A stretch of DNA of 64,000 nt from Eledone cirrhosa (taxonomy: Eukaryota). The position numbers and the translations under genes were made by a program. Every line of letters starts with the position of its first letter. Within the stretch, counting starts at the first letter, position 1. A model generated the notes under the pieces. The model did not search any database. It was not told the DNA's origin and saw nothing but the letters and a program-made list of their open reading frames with translations. The stretch spans positions 263,872,001-263,936,000 of the forward strand of contig OZ024742.1 of assembly GCA_964016885.1 (NCBI GenBank), in the 5' to 3' direction. Below, one piece after another: positions 23,050 through 37,838 of this stretch.

Positions 23050-25916
23050 ATAAACAATGAGTTATTTGGTTTGTTGATTATTCAACAAAGTTAATTTATA
23101 ACAGGTTAGAAACACTCAACGGTATTTCCGGAGTATAATTAATACTTGGTTTGTAGACATTAAATCTAAAAATAATACAACATTTATACAAATGGATATA
23201 GTTAATTACTATTCTTTAATAACTCCTAATTTACTTAATAAAGCACTTATATACGCATCAAAACATACTGACTTATCTAGTGAAGAAATAAACATTATAT
23301 TAACTGCACGAAAAACTCTCATTGAACTTAACAATGATCTCTGGACTAGAGCTGATAGACAGAACAATTTCGATATTACAATGGGCTCTTCTGACTCACC
23401 TCAGGTCACAGATTTGGTTGGAATATTGATCCTTAATGCATTACGTAGGAAATTGCCGGAAATTGCCGGATGTTTATATCGTGATGATGCGTTATTTATA
23501 GTTGATAAACATAACAATAGTAAACTTAGCAGAAAAAAGAAAATTATTATAGACTTTTTTAATAATTATGGCCTTAAATTAGAAATAGAAAATGATAATA
23601 AAATTGTTAATTTCTTAGATGTTACATTAAACCTTAACTCAGGCCTATATTACCCGTTCCATAAGATTAATGAAAACCTAAACTACGTTAGCTTCTACTC
23701 TAACCACCCTAGAAATGTTAAACAAGCTATAGCTAATAGTATCCAGCAAAGAATATCTAAACTATCAGCTAATAAAAATATATTTGATAACAAGGCAGAA
23801 TATTACAATGACGCTCTACACAGAGCTGGATACAATAATAAAATTAATTACATAGATTAGAATAGTATACACCAACCTCCTAAACTGTACTATAATATTA
23901 ATAATAAATAAATTAACAAAAATAATAAATCGAATAAAAATGCTAGAACTAGAAATATAATTTGGTATTCTCCTCCAATTTCATTAAGAATTAGCGCACC
24001 AATCCTTTAGATAAATGTTTTCCTAAGTCCTATAAGTATCACTCCATTTTTAACAGACATACAGTCAAGCTCTCTTACTCTGCTACTATGAATAGAGCAC
24101 AATATATTAATAGAATTAATAATAGGTATTTAAAATTAAACTCAACCCAAATAAACTCAAATAGCAATAACAATATAACACATAACATTACGGTACGTAT
24201 AATAATAATAGCGAAGACATAAATCATCATACCGTTTCTCTAAATAATAATATTAGAGAATGTAATTGCGAAAATAACATATCATTCCCTTTACAGAATA
24301 ATTGCCTAGATACAAATTCAGTATACAAATGCACCGTAAAAACTAGAGATACATTATATAATTATATAGGAGCTACTTCTACAAAATTTAAGGACCGTTG
24401 GTATAATCATAAACATACTTTCAAACGATCGGACAAAAAATTCTCAACCTCACTATCACAATTAATTTGGTCTTTAAAAGACTTTAAAAGACTATTCGAT
24501 CTCTTGGCGAAGGATAGTGAAAGCGCCAGTTTACCGAAATATGGCTCTCTCAAGAATTTGTCATCTCTGTATTGAAGAAATCTTTCATATAATTACCAAT
24601 CCTGGTAATATTATTACAAAAAAAGGAAATATTTAATTCTTGTTTGCATCGATTCTCCAGAACATTTCACAATATTTACAATTTATAGAAAATACTCTGT
24701 ATAAGTTGAAATAGTCTGTATAAGCTGCCTATGTACAATATATATATATCTTTGGTTGTCTTTAAAAGTTCTAAAATTTATACATAGAAATTTTTAATAT
24801 TATCAAATTTATTCATAGATATACTTATTGTTATCAAAATCTATACATAGAAATATTTATCTTTTTATTATTATCTTGTGCCAAAAGTAGAAACAATTAT
24901 TATCTAGACCATATTTACTATATGGTACTCTGAAATCATATAGGAATTTTTAATTATATTATAATACAAATTATAATTAGTTATTAGGTTAAACATTAGA
25001 TTAAACAATATATCTTTAAATAATTTGCACTCTTTAAATTACTAAACACTAGAGTTATCTTTCCCTTAATAAAAGCTTGTTTACAATTCACATATACGAT
25101 ACATTCAAATTTTACATAAATGTTTAAATTTATATATTTAACCTTATATTATACAATAATAGATTACACATAATATTATAATACATCTTCTCTATAAAAA
25201 ATATATAATTATTTTCACAGTCTTAACCTATACATATAATCGCTATACATATCTTACGCGCTTTCATAATTGAATAAAACCTATATTCACGCATAATTAT
25301 TTATTTACTAAATACATTTTTTTAATAACGATATACAATAATGTCTTATACTACAATACATTATATTTATAACTGCACTCATCATAATATTGAAATGTAT
25401 GCGTAAAATATATCCAATCGTATATATAAATAGAGGGTATCTTTCACATATTATATTGCTTTAATAAAATAGTAGTTCTCAATTTAATACATTACTTTAT
25501 AATTCTCACCTAAATATTAGTAATACTTCCACATTATAAAATTAAATAAATAAAAATAAATATAATTATCTCATTCTTTCTTTAAATATGTTTGGGTGTA
25601 CATATGCGTATCTCTATAAATAATCCAAAATTAACTTTAAAATATTTTTTCAATTTTAATAGCAAACTTAAAAAAAAAAAAAAATTAGATAATTATTTAC
25701 AAGCTATCTAACATCTAAACTTAACAGTCCTTTTCAGTTTGAACGTTATCCTCATTAGCATATTTATCCAGAGCTTTGAACATTTATTCACTATCTTTAA
25801 ATCAAATATTGTATTTTATCTGATGAAAGCGTACTAAAATATTGGTACCTTTGAAATATGTATAATAAAATAATAAAATAAATATGGTTTTATAAAGATA
25901 TTTTCCATTTATTGAT

Positions 25917-25930
<14 letters not shown>
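23050..25930 (+). mobile_element. Degenerate 5'-truncated PLE (RT + GIY-YIG) with long AT-rich 3' UTR and terminal hammerhead
   Basis: ORF 23192-23860 has MDIVNYY, FDITMGSSDS, LYRDDAL, VNFLDVTLNL. Downstream broken frames give IIWYSPP and VYKC...YIGATSTKFKDRWYNH. TA flanks. Confidence 0.85.
25813..25872 (+). ncRNA. Type I hammerhead ribozyme
   Basis: tattttat-CTGATGA-aagcgtac...gtaccttt-GAAA-tatgta-TA-ataaaata, with a perfect stem I. Confidence 0.8.
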
Positions 25931-25978
<48 letters not shown>

Positions 25979-26072
25979 TGGTAGAACACTGGAAGGTAAT
26001 ATCCGTAGTGGTAGAGCACTCAGTCCACGGGACGAGTTAGGTGGAAGTGGTTACACAACAGTTAGTTCACCA

Positions 26073-26116
26073 TACCGAGAACAATTGTTTCACCTTAGCG
26101 GATCCTCAGCTCGTAA
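26073..26116 (-). ncRNA. Type I hammerhead ribozyme (the mirror copy at ~27465-27507 is mutated)
   Basis: Minus strand reads tacgag-CTGAGGA-tcc-gctaa-ggt-GAAA-caattg-TT-ctcggta. Confidence 0.7.
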
Positions 26117-26691
26117 TGGACATGGTTATACGGAATAGGAAGGACAACTGCGAAAGTCCGAAAAGTTTCTAGTTGATAAGAAAATTAGGATTTATGTTGT
26201 AATTCAATCCGGTGCTTTGTAGTTATGTAAGGGGTGTTTCCAGACGTGTGGACAACGTTTGAAGAATTCATATCTCGTGTTTAGGCAATCACTATTGCCT
26301 CCTGTGGTTGATTTGGTCGGTTGGAAGTGACCACAGCTTCATAAACTACAGCGGGTGTGTTGCATTGCTGTTGAAGGGGACAAGCTTCGGGCCTACAGCA
26401 AGAGCACCCTGGTGGGGTGTTTCTCTTAGGGCTGTTGGTGATGTGGGCCTTCATGTTCTTAGCGCAGGAGTATCCTAGTTTTACTTTGTGTCGGTTAAAG
26501 ATGGAACGGTATTTATGACCTATGGGAAAGTGTCTATCTAAGAGGGCTAGAAATCTTTTGCCTACATTGGTTTTAACGTTGAATGAGAAGGGAGGAGAGA
26601 ACCAGATAGTTTGTCTATTGTTACGCTTTCTTTTCTTATTGCTGTTGTTGATAGTGGGAGAGTAAGTGATAGATTGCGAGAAGCCGCTGTT

Positions 26692-27297
26692 AGCAAAAAC
26701 TTTCTAGCCCTCTTACATAGACACTTTCCCATAGGTCATAAATACCGCTCCATTTTTAACCGACACAAAGTAAAACTAGGATACTCCTGCGCTAAGAACA
26801 TGAAGGCCCACATCACCAACAGCCCTAAGAGCAACACCCCACCAGGGTGCTCTTGCCGTAATCCCGAAGCTTGTCCCCTTCAACAGCAATGCAACACACC
26901 CGCTGTAGTTTATGAAGCTGTGGTCACTTCCAACCGACCAAATCAACCACAGGAGGTCAAATCCTATGTGGGTATGGCGGAGGGCCGATTTAAGGAACGC
27001 TTCCTGAACCACCAGTCGACCTTTAGGTACCCGGATAGACATTCATCTACGAAACTCGCGAGCCACGTATGGTCCCTGAAGGACGCACGTATAGACTACT
27101 CCATTCAATGGAAAGCCATTACAAAGTCCAAGCCATACGCAAGGGGCAATCCGTCGTGTGGACTATGTATTGATGAACGAATAAATATTCTAAAGAGATT
27201 ACACAATAGTGATTGTCTAAACACGAGAAATGAATTCTTCACACGTTGTCCACACGTCTGGAAACACCTCTTACATAACTACAAAGCTCCAGATTGA
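26692..27297 (+). pseudogene. PLE linker + GIY-YIG endonuclease
   Basis: FNRHKVKLGYSC, CSCRNPEACPLQQQC, VVYEAVV...YVGMAEGRFKERFLNH, CGLCIDE, LNTRNEFFTRCPH. Confidence 0.85.
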
Positions 27298-27551
27298 ATT
27301 ACAACAACATCCTAATTTTCTTATCAACTAGAATCTTTTCGGACTTTCGCAGTTATCTCCCTCACACCTCTCGCACGCAATTTAGTATTGCCTGTGTGAA
27401 GTGATCGTTTCTGCGCATACGCGTTCGTACGGTTGTCCTTCCTGTTCCGTATAACCATGTCCATTACCAGCTCAGGATCCGCTAAGGTAAAACAATTGTT
27501 CTCGGTATGGTGAACTAACTGTTGTGTAACCACTTCTATATATATATATAT

Positions 27552-27886
27552 AAAAAGATGAAATCGAAAATGCAACTGGAGTCTTATTTAAAAAAAAATA
27601 TATATATTTATTTAGTTCCTTTACCGGTTTCGCAGTTCTTCTGCTTTTCAAAAGTAGAGTTGAGATGGAGGGTCTGTGGTGAGAAAAACGACAGACCCTC
27701 CATCTCAACTCTACTTTTGAAAAGCAGAAGAACTGCGAAACCGGTAAAGGAACCAAATAAATATATATTTAAAAAAAAAATAAGACTCCAGTTGCATTTT
27801 CGATTTCATCTTTTTTTCTTTATACTTTCACTCATGTAGGACACCTCGGTTATTTTTCATTTTGTAAAAAAACCCCACTTTCTAAT

Positions 27887-27890
<4 letters not shown>
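27552..27890. mobile_element. Fold-back element H6 (arms 27552-27677 / 27691-27815) with decayed hammerhead
   Basis: Near-perfect inverted repeat. cttt-TGAAAA-GCAG-aagaa-CTGC-GAAA-ccgg-TA-aagg at ~27714-27750 has a decayed CTGANGA box. One-sided tail; TA flanks. Confidence 0.8.
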
Positions 27891-27940
<50 letters not shown>

Positions 27941-29207
27941 TATTGGTGTTCTTTTTAATTAAACATACAGTATATTCCCAAATATACATACATTTATATA
28001 TAAATATAATTCGGCGAGAATCGTATTTCGGCTTGTAGAAAAAGCGAAACGAAACGCAAAATCGTAGAAATGCTGGCAAGCGCTCAATAGTTTAAAAAAC
28101 CAGAGCTAAATATGGAGAGAAAAGTATTAATACAAACTATTAGAAAGTAATAAATTCCAATATATTTTTATATATATTTATGTCGGTGATTTTCCTGTAT
28201 ATCACTGTGAATATGTGTATGCTTAAGTATGTGTCTACATGTTTATCTGCGCTGCACGTATTCCTCCACCGCTCCGTATATGTATGTAATTCGAAGCAAT
28301 TTAAATTTTATTCTTAAAACAGATTTTCTACATCATTTGACAGGGCTTAGACTAATACAAGTAAAAGCAATCACAACAGTAGCAACAACAACAGTAGCAA
28401 CAACAACAGCACCACAGCCAACAATAGCAACAATACCGACTGCAGCAGTCATCCTTTCAAAAATAATTCAGTGTGTGAAATGTAAGTGTGAAATATAAAG
28501 ACTGAAGGAGAGAGTGATTGCTTGATACACGCACACACATACACCCACACACACTTATATAAGCGAGTGTGTATATATATATTTATATATATATGCATAT
28601 ATATCTGTCATTCTGTTTCACACGTACTCCTCCCTCTCACTCAGTGTCTCTCTCTTACTCCCTCTCCCCCTCTCTCTCTATATATATTTATATATACGTG
28701 CGGGAGGGAGATGAAGAAAAAGAGGGAATACGAGAAACAACAAACACATGGAGAAAGGAGGGGAGGGAAACAAAGAGAGAGAGGGAGAGAGAGAGAGAGG
28801 GGGGGAGAGGGGGAGAGAGAGAGAGAGAGAGAACTCTATTGGTGTCAGCCAATTTTCCAGGTCTTAAGATATTTGTTGGCATGCAGATGTTTTCTTGGAG
28901 ATTGAAGTAGATTCCTCATTAAAGAATACATTCATTTATGACAATCCTAATTTGGCACCCCCTCTGTAACCATTGCCAACAGAAGAATATTGAGGGATAC
29001 ATAAACTGTATCATGAATTCGGGTTGTTCTGTTATAACGTCATATTTTTCAACCTAGCTAACTTGGTCATTTACAATTGGAACACATGTATACTTGTATC
29101 GGTGTTCATTCCTCTCATATATTCAATTGTATTACACGGCTCGGAAAGATTCCCTTCCTTGAGCTATTTAATTGTAAAAGACTATTTTGAGTTTCTAACT
29201 CAATCTA

Positions 29208-29336
<129 letters not shown>

Positions 29337-29347
29337 CGTGCGTGCGT

Positions 29348-29385
<38 letters not shown>

Positions 29386-29799
29386 GTGGGCGAACGTGTC
29401 GTGTTTATTTGTGTGTACTTAGACAGGAATTGGGAGGATGGCGTAGTTGCAAGAAGGACCAATCTAATTTTATTTATTAGAAATGTTGGCAAGCCAGTGC
29501 TAATATATTGCCAACATATTTTAAAGACCAGTAATTTCCTGACGCGAACAACACTGATTCTTCATTAGACAGTACGTCTGATGGCTTGTAATTCCCATGA
29601 TCCTGATCATTTTTATTTAATTAACTTCTGTTTACCATTTTCTTAGCATAGTATCTCTCATTTTTCGTAACTTCCTTCTCTTTTGATGTCATCAAATCCG
29701 GTCTCTCTCTTTCTTAACCACTCCTTATCGACCCCACTGCCTCTCCCGCAAATGATTTATCCTTCTCCCCTCTTCTTTTTTTCTCTCTCTCTCTTTCTC

Positions 29800-30155
29800 T
29801 TATACACACACAAGCCTCAGATGCACCTCCGTCGGTCTTAATGAGAAGTGTATCAATTGTTCAATCAACGGAACAGGCCACTTATGAAATTAACGTATCA
29901 ACGCCTGCTCTTGCCATAAAAATGTGCACTTTTAACGCGATTAGCAAGGAGATTCGGTGTGACAGGGTGTGTGACAAGGTTAGGCCATTGTTTTACTAGT
30001 ATGGCGCATTTAAACAAATTTCGTCAACCGAATTTTACTTACAAGGATTGGCCGACTTGAATCTCTAGCAAAAGATACTGGTTCAAAATGGCAGCGGGAT
30101 TGAACCCGAGACGTAATTATTGCGAAGTCAACTTCTTAACCATTCGGCCATGCTG
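29800..30155 (-). mobile_element. Degenerate SINE-like repeat
   Basis: tRNA-like head on minus (plus strand gggattgaacccgag...cttcttaacca...ggccatgc). Confidence 0.45.
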
Positions 30156-30156
30156 T

Positions 30157-30234
<78 letters not shown>

Positions 30235-30502
30235 CACACACACACACATACATGAATTTGCTGTCTCTCTGATATTGTATTTAAGTCATTCATTACTTAG
30301 GGTTAGGGTTAGGATACCATCTTGAAATTCTCAGTGGCTGCGAAAACATATACTTAGTTGCCATATATTTAGTTTAAGTATAAATATAAATTACCTCTAT
30401 GTCTACATATCGAGGGCACATTCTTTAGTAATTAGAAATTCTTACTCAAATAACGATATGTACATATATAAATATACATACATGTTTATGTATATGTATA
30501 TC

Positions 30503-30603
<101 letters not shown>

Positions 30604-30653
30604 GAATAAAATAACAGGAGGCTGGACTGGTGTAAATCCTTGAAAAGTTTATT

Positions 30654-30711
30654 ATACTAAGATCATTTCAATGACCGGGTTCCGTATGAATCCGGTGATA
30701 TCATCAGGTAT
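30654..30711 (-). ncRNA. Type I hammerhead ribozyme (mirror copy in H7)
   Basis: Reverse complement of 32407-32464 with one stem II loop change. Confidence 0.65.
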
Positions 30712-32406
30712 TCGAAATATAACAAAGGAATATATAAAAATCCATGTGTCCGAAAATCTGAGACAGAGTGGACGACTGACCAACTAGCTGTTTTTATCTC
30801 GGTCAGTCGCTCTCAAGTGATGGCTATTCGGTCTACTAATGACCATCTGGTGAAGGGGCGAAGGCTTATAATGTACTTATAATGTACTACCACCTCTCCG
30901 TCAGAGAATAAAAAAAGAGAAGAATGAAAGAAAGGAAAGGAAACGCCGCGAAAAATGTTATTCCAAAGAACCTATATTGTAACAGGCATATATAATGAGT
31001 GTCTGTATGGTCAAATGTGTGAACAGAAACTTATGTTAAGAGTTAAAGGATGAAATTAAATTAAAAGTTTAAAAAATTTTAGAGTTAAAAGAAATTAAAA
31101 AACTAATTAGAACATTAATAGAAAATTAAAGGTTTGGGTTGTGGGATTTATTTAATGAAACTACAGAGAGAGTCTTATATGAAAAAGTTTAAGTGTATTA
31201 TTGGGAATCCCTATAAGTTATCAAGGCGGGATATAGGGTAAAGATTAAAGCCTTCGATTGTAAATCCCAGCCAGCACCTCCTAACCACGTCTCGAGTGGT
31301 ATCGTCTAGCGAAAGAAATGGAAATAAATTTTTTCGAGTACTCTAGGAACGTGACTGCCATAGGCTTCAGATGTGCTAGCGGGAAGTCTACCATCTTCGA
31401 CAGACCATCGTCTATACCAAACGAATACTATTAATTCACACAGGAGGGGTTTATTTACGTGCCAGTAGAGGGAGGCATGATACAGCTAACAGTTATGCCT
31501 AAGCCCAGAGTTTATAGGTATAAGTATAAGTATAATATGGCGGTCAAAACAGGCGGCGCGGTGGGCCCCGGGGCAAATCCAACCGTTCCGAGTAGTTTCA
31601 TTTACCGAAAGAGGGGAAATTTATTTTTCCAAGCACTCAAGGAAGGCTGAACTCTCCGGCGCACAACCGGGAAAGCCACCGAAAGTGGTAAAACCCAATG
31701 AAAATAGACTATAATTATTTTTAAGTCCCAGTTAGTCCGGGTTATAAGTAGTGTGGTTCTTTGGTGGTTAGGGAACTATGAAAGGTGCATAAAGACCTGA
31801 GTAAGGAATAATAAGCAGAAAATCGAAGGCTTTAAATTTTACTCTATACCCTACCTTGATAACTTATAGGGATTCCCAATAATACACTTAAACTTTTTCA
31901 TATAAGACTCTCTCTGTAGTTTCATTAAATAAATCCCACAACCCAAACCTTTAATTTTCTATTAATTTTCTAATTATTTTTTTAATTCCTTTTAACTCTA
32001 AAGTTTTTTAAACTTTTAATTTAATTTCATCGTTTAACTCTTAACATAAGTTAATGTTCCAATTTTCTGTTCACACATTTGACCATACAGACACCCATTA
32101 TATATGCCTTTGTTAAAATATAGGTTCTTTGGAATAACATTTTTCGCGGCGTTTTCTTGCCTTACTGTAGTGTGACCCTTACGCTGACTCTTCTTCTTTC
32201 TTTCTTTCTTCTCTTTTTTATTCTCTGACGGAGAGGTGGTAGTACATTATAAGCCTTCGCCCCTTCACCAAATGGCCATTAGTAGACCGAATAGCCATCA
32301 CTTGAGGGCGTCTGACCGAAGTGAAAGCAGCTAGTTGGTCAGTCATTCTCTCTGTCTCTGATTTTCGGACCCATGGATTTTTATATATTCCTTTGTTATA
32401 TTTCGA

Positions 32407-32464
32407 ATACCTGATGATATCACCGGATTCATACGGCACCCGGTCATTGAAATGATCTTAGTAT
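32407..32464 (+). ncRNA. Type I hammerhead ribozyme
   Basis: atac-CTGATGA-tatcACCGG...CCGGTcatt-GAAA-tgatct-TA-gtat. Confidence 0.65.
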
Positions 32465-32656
32465 AATAAACTTTTCAAGGATTTACACCAGTCCAGCCTC
32501 CTGTTATTTTATTCATATTAATTAACTCCGTATTCGCACCACCAACTACACAAACAAAGACGGGTGAACTGCACTACGTTGAGTACTTTCCATAATATTA
32601 CATCAAGATTGACCATACGGTATGACCAATTCTATCCGGTGGTGAACCAACAAACC

Positions 32657-33362
<706 letters not shown>

Positions 33363-33364
33363 AG

Positions 33365-34049
33365 TAATAATATAGTAATAATAATAAATTTGAAGACTAA
33401 AATCCAAAGAGGGCTCGATAAGGATAAATATATATCAAATATATAAGAACCCTAGAGCAAATATTTATTAAAATAACAGATTAGAGTTTAAGCAAAGAAT
33501 CGCTGCTTTCAACCTTAACGGGATCTTCTGAAACTAAAAAAATCAATCTGTGAACGCAGAAGTAAATATTTCGAAAAGCGTTGCAACCGAAGGAAAATAG
33601 GGAGACGATACTTTGGTTCGTGAAGACGTTCTCTGGCAATGAACGGAAAAAAGCGAAGATAATACGTCGTTATGAGGATAATTTACGTCTTGATGTGGTA
33701 GCTAAGTATATTTTATGTTTATACCATTACTTATTTGCATAGGTAAGTATATACTCGTATGTTTTGTGAACGCACGTATACTTTGTCGTACGTATGTATG
33801 CTTGCATTTGTTATAGGTGTATATATTATATTATATATACTGGTAGATGTGTATATGGTTATGTGTATATGTGTATTTTGTGTTTGTGTGTGTTTGTGTG
33901 TTTGCACGTCTGTAAGGTGTGTATATGTGTACATCGTGTTTTGGTTGACGTAGTTTGGTGAACATGTGTTTTTACCTGTAGGTATGTGTGTGCGTGCGTT
34001 ATATACGTATTTATGTGTGTATATTTATATACGTTTATATAATTATATG

Positions 34050-34118
<69 letters not shown>

Positions 34119-34659
34119 TTTCTTATGTGTATTTGGTGTATACGTTCGTAAGTGTGCGGGTACAGGTGTTGCGCGGGTTTATGTATGTGTGCGCGTGTTT
34201 ATGTGTACGTGCTTGTATATGCATGGTGGGTGTTTTCGCGTATGCATGTGTATGTACGTATATGGATACGTGTTGTATATATTTAATTATTATTGATTTC
34301 AATAAACGCTGTCATTTTCGTTCTACTAATTTATTTATATTATTCTTAACTCTGAAGCCGAGAATCATTCGGTTTCCTAAATAGAATATTAGTGTACTAC
34401 TTCATTTATACCAGAAACGAGGTTTTATCTTTGCGTGTAATTATTCTCATCGCTCCACATAACGACGTATTATCTTCGCTTTTTTCCGTTCATTGCCAGG
34501 GAACGTCTTCACGAAACCAAAGTATCGTCTTCCTGTTTTCCCTCGGTTGCAACGTTTTTCGAAATATTTACTTCTGCATTCACAGATTGATTTTTTTAGT
34601 TTCAGAAGATCCCGTTAAGGGTGAAAGCAGCGATTCTTTGCTTAAAATTGAATCTGTTA

Positions 34660-34666
<7 letters not shown>
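33365..34666. mobile_element. Fold-back element H9 (arms ~33467-33675 / 34458-34666)
   Basis: Inverted arms with TA flanks. The tail 33365-33462 recurs inverted at 15945-16030, and a relative lies at 52800-53392. Hammerhead-like CAGAAGA-tccc-gttaa-gggt-GAAA has a non-canonical core. Confidence 0.8.
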
Positions 34667-34747
<81 letters not shown>

Positions 34748-34748
<1 letters not shown>

Positions 34749-37359
34749 CTAAGGGACCCCACAGCCAGAAATAAATTTAAAAGCATACTACTTGATGCTT
34801 TCGACAGTAAGGAAGAGAAATTAGAGTCGTACAATATAGAGGAACAGTGGGAATTCCTGAAAGCAAACCTGCTGATGGCGGCAGACGAAGTCTGTGGCTG
34901 GAGCAGGCCTGTAGGCAGGAGGAGAGTAACATGGTGGTGGAACAGTAAGGTGGAGGGGTAAATTAAGGCCAAAAAGCAGGCTTGGAAAGTCTGGCGGGAT
35001 GGGGGAAGTAGAGAAGACTATCAAGTGGCCAGGAGGGAAGCTAGGAGACAAGTGTACTTCGCAAGAAGGGAAGCAGAGGAAAGAAAGTTCAAGCATGTTC
35101 TACAACGCGAGGACCAGAAACGTGAGGTGTTCAGGATTGCTAGGCAATGTGTCAAGGAAAACCGTGATATTGTCGGGGAGAAGTGTGTACTTAATGATGA
35201 CGGCGTACCTGCCATCACCGACGCTGATAAGAAGGTAGCTTGGAAGTGTCACTACGAAAGGCTACTAAATGAGGAGAATAAATGGGAGAAAGACAGTCTC
35301 CCCCACATCGACCCAATAGAGGGACCAGCAGTGTTAGTCGAGGGTAGTATAATAAGTAAGGCAATCAAAGATATGAAGACGGGTAAGGCGGCTGGGCCTT
35401 CGGAAATAGTTGCTGAGATGCTGAAGGCATCTGGAACGGTGGGACACACCATGGTCACCCGGATAGTTAACCAAGTCGTACAGAATGGGGTTGTTCCGAA
35501 GGACTGGCGTAGCAGCATCACCATTAACTGTTATAAGGGTAAAGGAGATGCCCTAGATAGGAGTAACTATAGAGGCATTAAATTAATCGACCAGGTCATG
35601 AAGGTCACGGAAAAAGTAATAGCGCAACTAATCAGAGAGAGAATTGATCTAGATGAAATGCAGTTCGGGTTTGTGTCAGGCAAAAGTACCACAGGCGCTC
35701 TTTTCATTGTACGACAACTACAGGAGAAGTACCTAGCTAAAAGTAAACCCCTATACTTAGCTTTTGTCGACTTGGAGAAAGCCTTCGACAGAGTCCCCGT
35801 TCCATTATCTGGTGGGCTCTTAGAAAACTAGGTGTTGACGAATGGCTTGTGAGAGCTATACAAGCCATGTATAAAGAAACAGTCAGCAAGGTGAGAATTA
35901 ACAACGAATATAGTGAAGAGTTTAGCGTAAAAGTTGGCGTCCATCAGGGCTCTGTTCTCAGCCCCCTACTATTTATTATTGCCCTCCAGGCTATAACAGA
36001 GGAGTTCAAGACCGGTTGCCCATGGGAACTCCTATACGCAGATGACCTAACACTCATAGCTGAATCAATGCCGAACTAGAGAAGAAATTCCAAACATGGA
36101 AGCACGGCCTAGAATCAAAAGGCCTTAAAATTAACCTGGCTAAGACCAAAGTTCTAGTTTGTAAGAAAGAAATTAAGGCGGCGGTCCCTTCCGGGAAGTG
36201 GCCATGCTCAGTGTGTAGGAAAGGCGTAGGTAGAACTTCCATTTTATGTCCCAAATGCAAAGTATGGGTGCATAAAAGATGTAGTGGGATCACAGGTAAG
36301 CTAACTAAGAACATAGATTTTACATGTGGCCGGTGCTCAAGTGCAATAAGTAGCAGCAAGTGCCCACAAAATACTAGCTCCTTCAACTGCGCAGAGGGTT
36401 CTATAGAAATAGTGGACAGCTTCCGTTACCTGGGTGACAAAATCAGCAGTGGGGGAGGGTGCTCTGAAAGTACAGTAGCTAGAGTCAGAACTGGATGGAA
36501 AAAGTTCAGAGAGCTTATACCACTATTAGCCGCTAAAGGGTTCTCCCTAAAAATTAAAGGCAGGTTGTATGATGCCTGCATACGAACAGCAATGTTGCAT
36601 GGCAGTGAGACCTGGGCATTGTGTGCAGAGGATATACGCAGACTAGAGAGGAACGAAGCTTGCATGCTCCGCTGGATGTGTAATAGTAATATACGTGAAC
36701 GGCAAAGCATAAACGAACTAAGGAAAACATTAGAAATAAGAGGGAGCAGATGTTGTTTACTCGAGAGAAGGCTACGTTGGTATGGACACGTGATGCGCAT
36801 GAAAGTCGATAGCTGTATAACAAAGTGCAGGGCAATAAAGATAGACGGTAGCCACGGAGTAGGCAGACCCAGAAAAACCTGGGACGAGCTGATAAATTCC
36901 GACCTCACACACTTACACCTCTCCAAGACAATGTCACTGGACCGAGACCTATGGCGGTACTCAGTAATAGAGAAGACCCGCCTTACCTAAATACAAAGTA
37001 AAACCTACTACAGTCAGTAGGCATCTCTAACAAAATACACCCCCGTCCCACCCCCCCACCCCATCCACACCGCCCCTTTCAATGTAAAGTTATGTTGGTG
37101 CCACAACATCCAGGCCGAAACAAATGAGATCGTGTAGGTGTCACGACAAAAAAACACACAGTCCACGCTGTAATGTGGCCGTGTAGGCAACACGGTAAAA
37201 ACCTCCCAGCCCCACACTGTAAATGTGGTTGGTGTTAGGAAGGGCATCCAGATGTAGAAAACCCGCCAGACAGTCCTATGCGAGCAAGACAACCACTCTT
37301 GCCTGAAGTGGGAAAACTCCCGTCCAAACCCATGCAAGCGTGGAACATGGACGTTAAAC

Positions 37360-37397
<38 letters not shown>
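34748..37397 (+). mobile_element. 5'-truncated, frameshifted RTE-clade LINE with a Cys/His (PHD-like) insert and (GAT)n tail
   Basis: GKAAGP, NYRGIKL, QFGF, FVDLEKAFDRVP, GVHQGSVLSP, LLYADDL, CSVC...CPKCKVWVHKRC...CGRC, HGSETW, RLRWYGHV, GRPRKTW; 3' UTR ending (GAT)n. Confidence 0.9.
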
Positions 37398-37398
<1 letters not shown>

Positions 37399-37786
37399 AT
37401 ATATATATATTGACGGACAGGCATTTCTAGTAAGGTTTCATAGGGTCTTTTCTCTTTATACACTGGTTGAAGAACAGACTAGTTGTAGAAACACCTAAAT
37501 ATCCCAGGAGATTATTCTTTGTCTGAACATATTCCAAATTTATTCTTTCCGTTGCATAGATCCAAGTTACTTTTAGATAGAATTAGTTATAATGAATAAG
37601 CCTCTCGATATTTATTTAAATATGGGTATTGGGTTGTGTGGCTGAATAAACTATACATATACCTATACGAATGTCAGCTGAACAATTCATAGTCTGACTA
37701 TGAAGGATTGATCGGGGCATCGTAAAATAATGAGTTTTACTATGAATTACCTGTATTTTGTTTAATTTCATTGTTTTCACTATTTG

Positions 37787-37838
<52 letters not shown>

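Larger units (their letters stand above)
25977..27540. mobile_element. Fold-back PLE H5: two inverted 3' PLE portions including GIY-YIG coding sequence
   Basis: The left arm 26044-~26690 (minus, internally deleted) mirrors 26692-27537 (plus). Tail 25977-26043; TA flanks. Confidence 0.85.

Noticed and set aside
23192-24660. Selenocysteine (TGA) read-through as reported for some PLEs
   Set aside because: The ORF stops at TAG and continues only through frameshifts, which is ordinary decay. The 1210-aa PLE needs no recoding.
30296-30313. TTAGGG telomeric repeat
   Set aside because: Fewer than three full units, too short to call an interstitial telomere.
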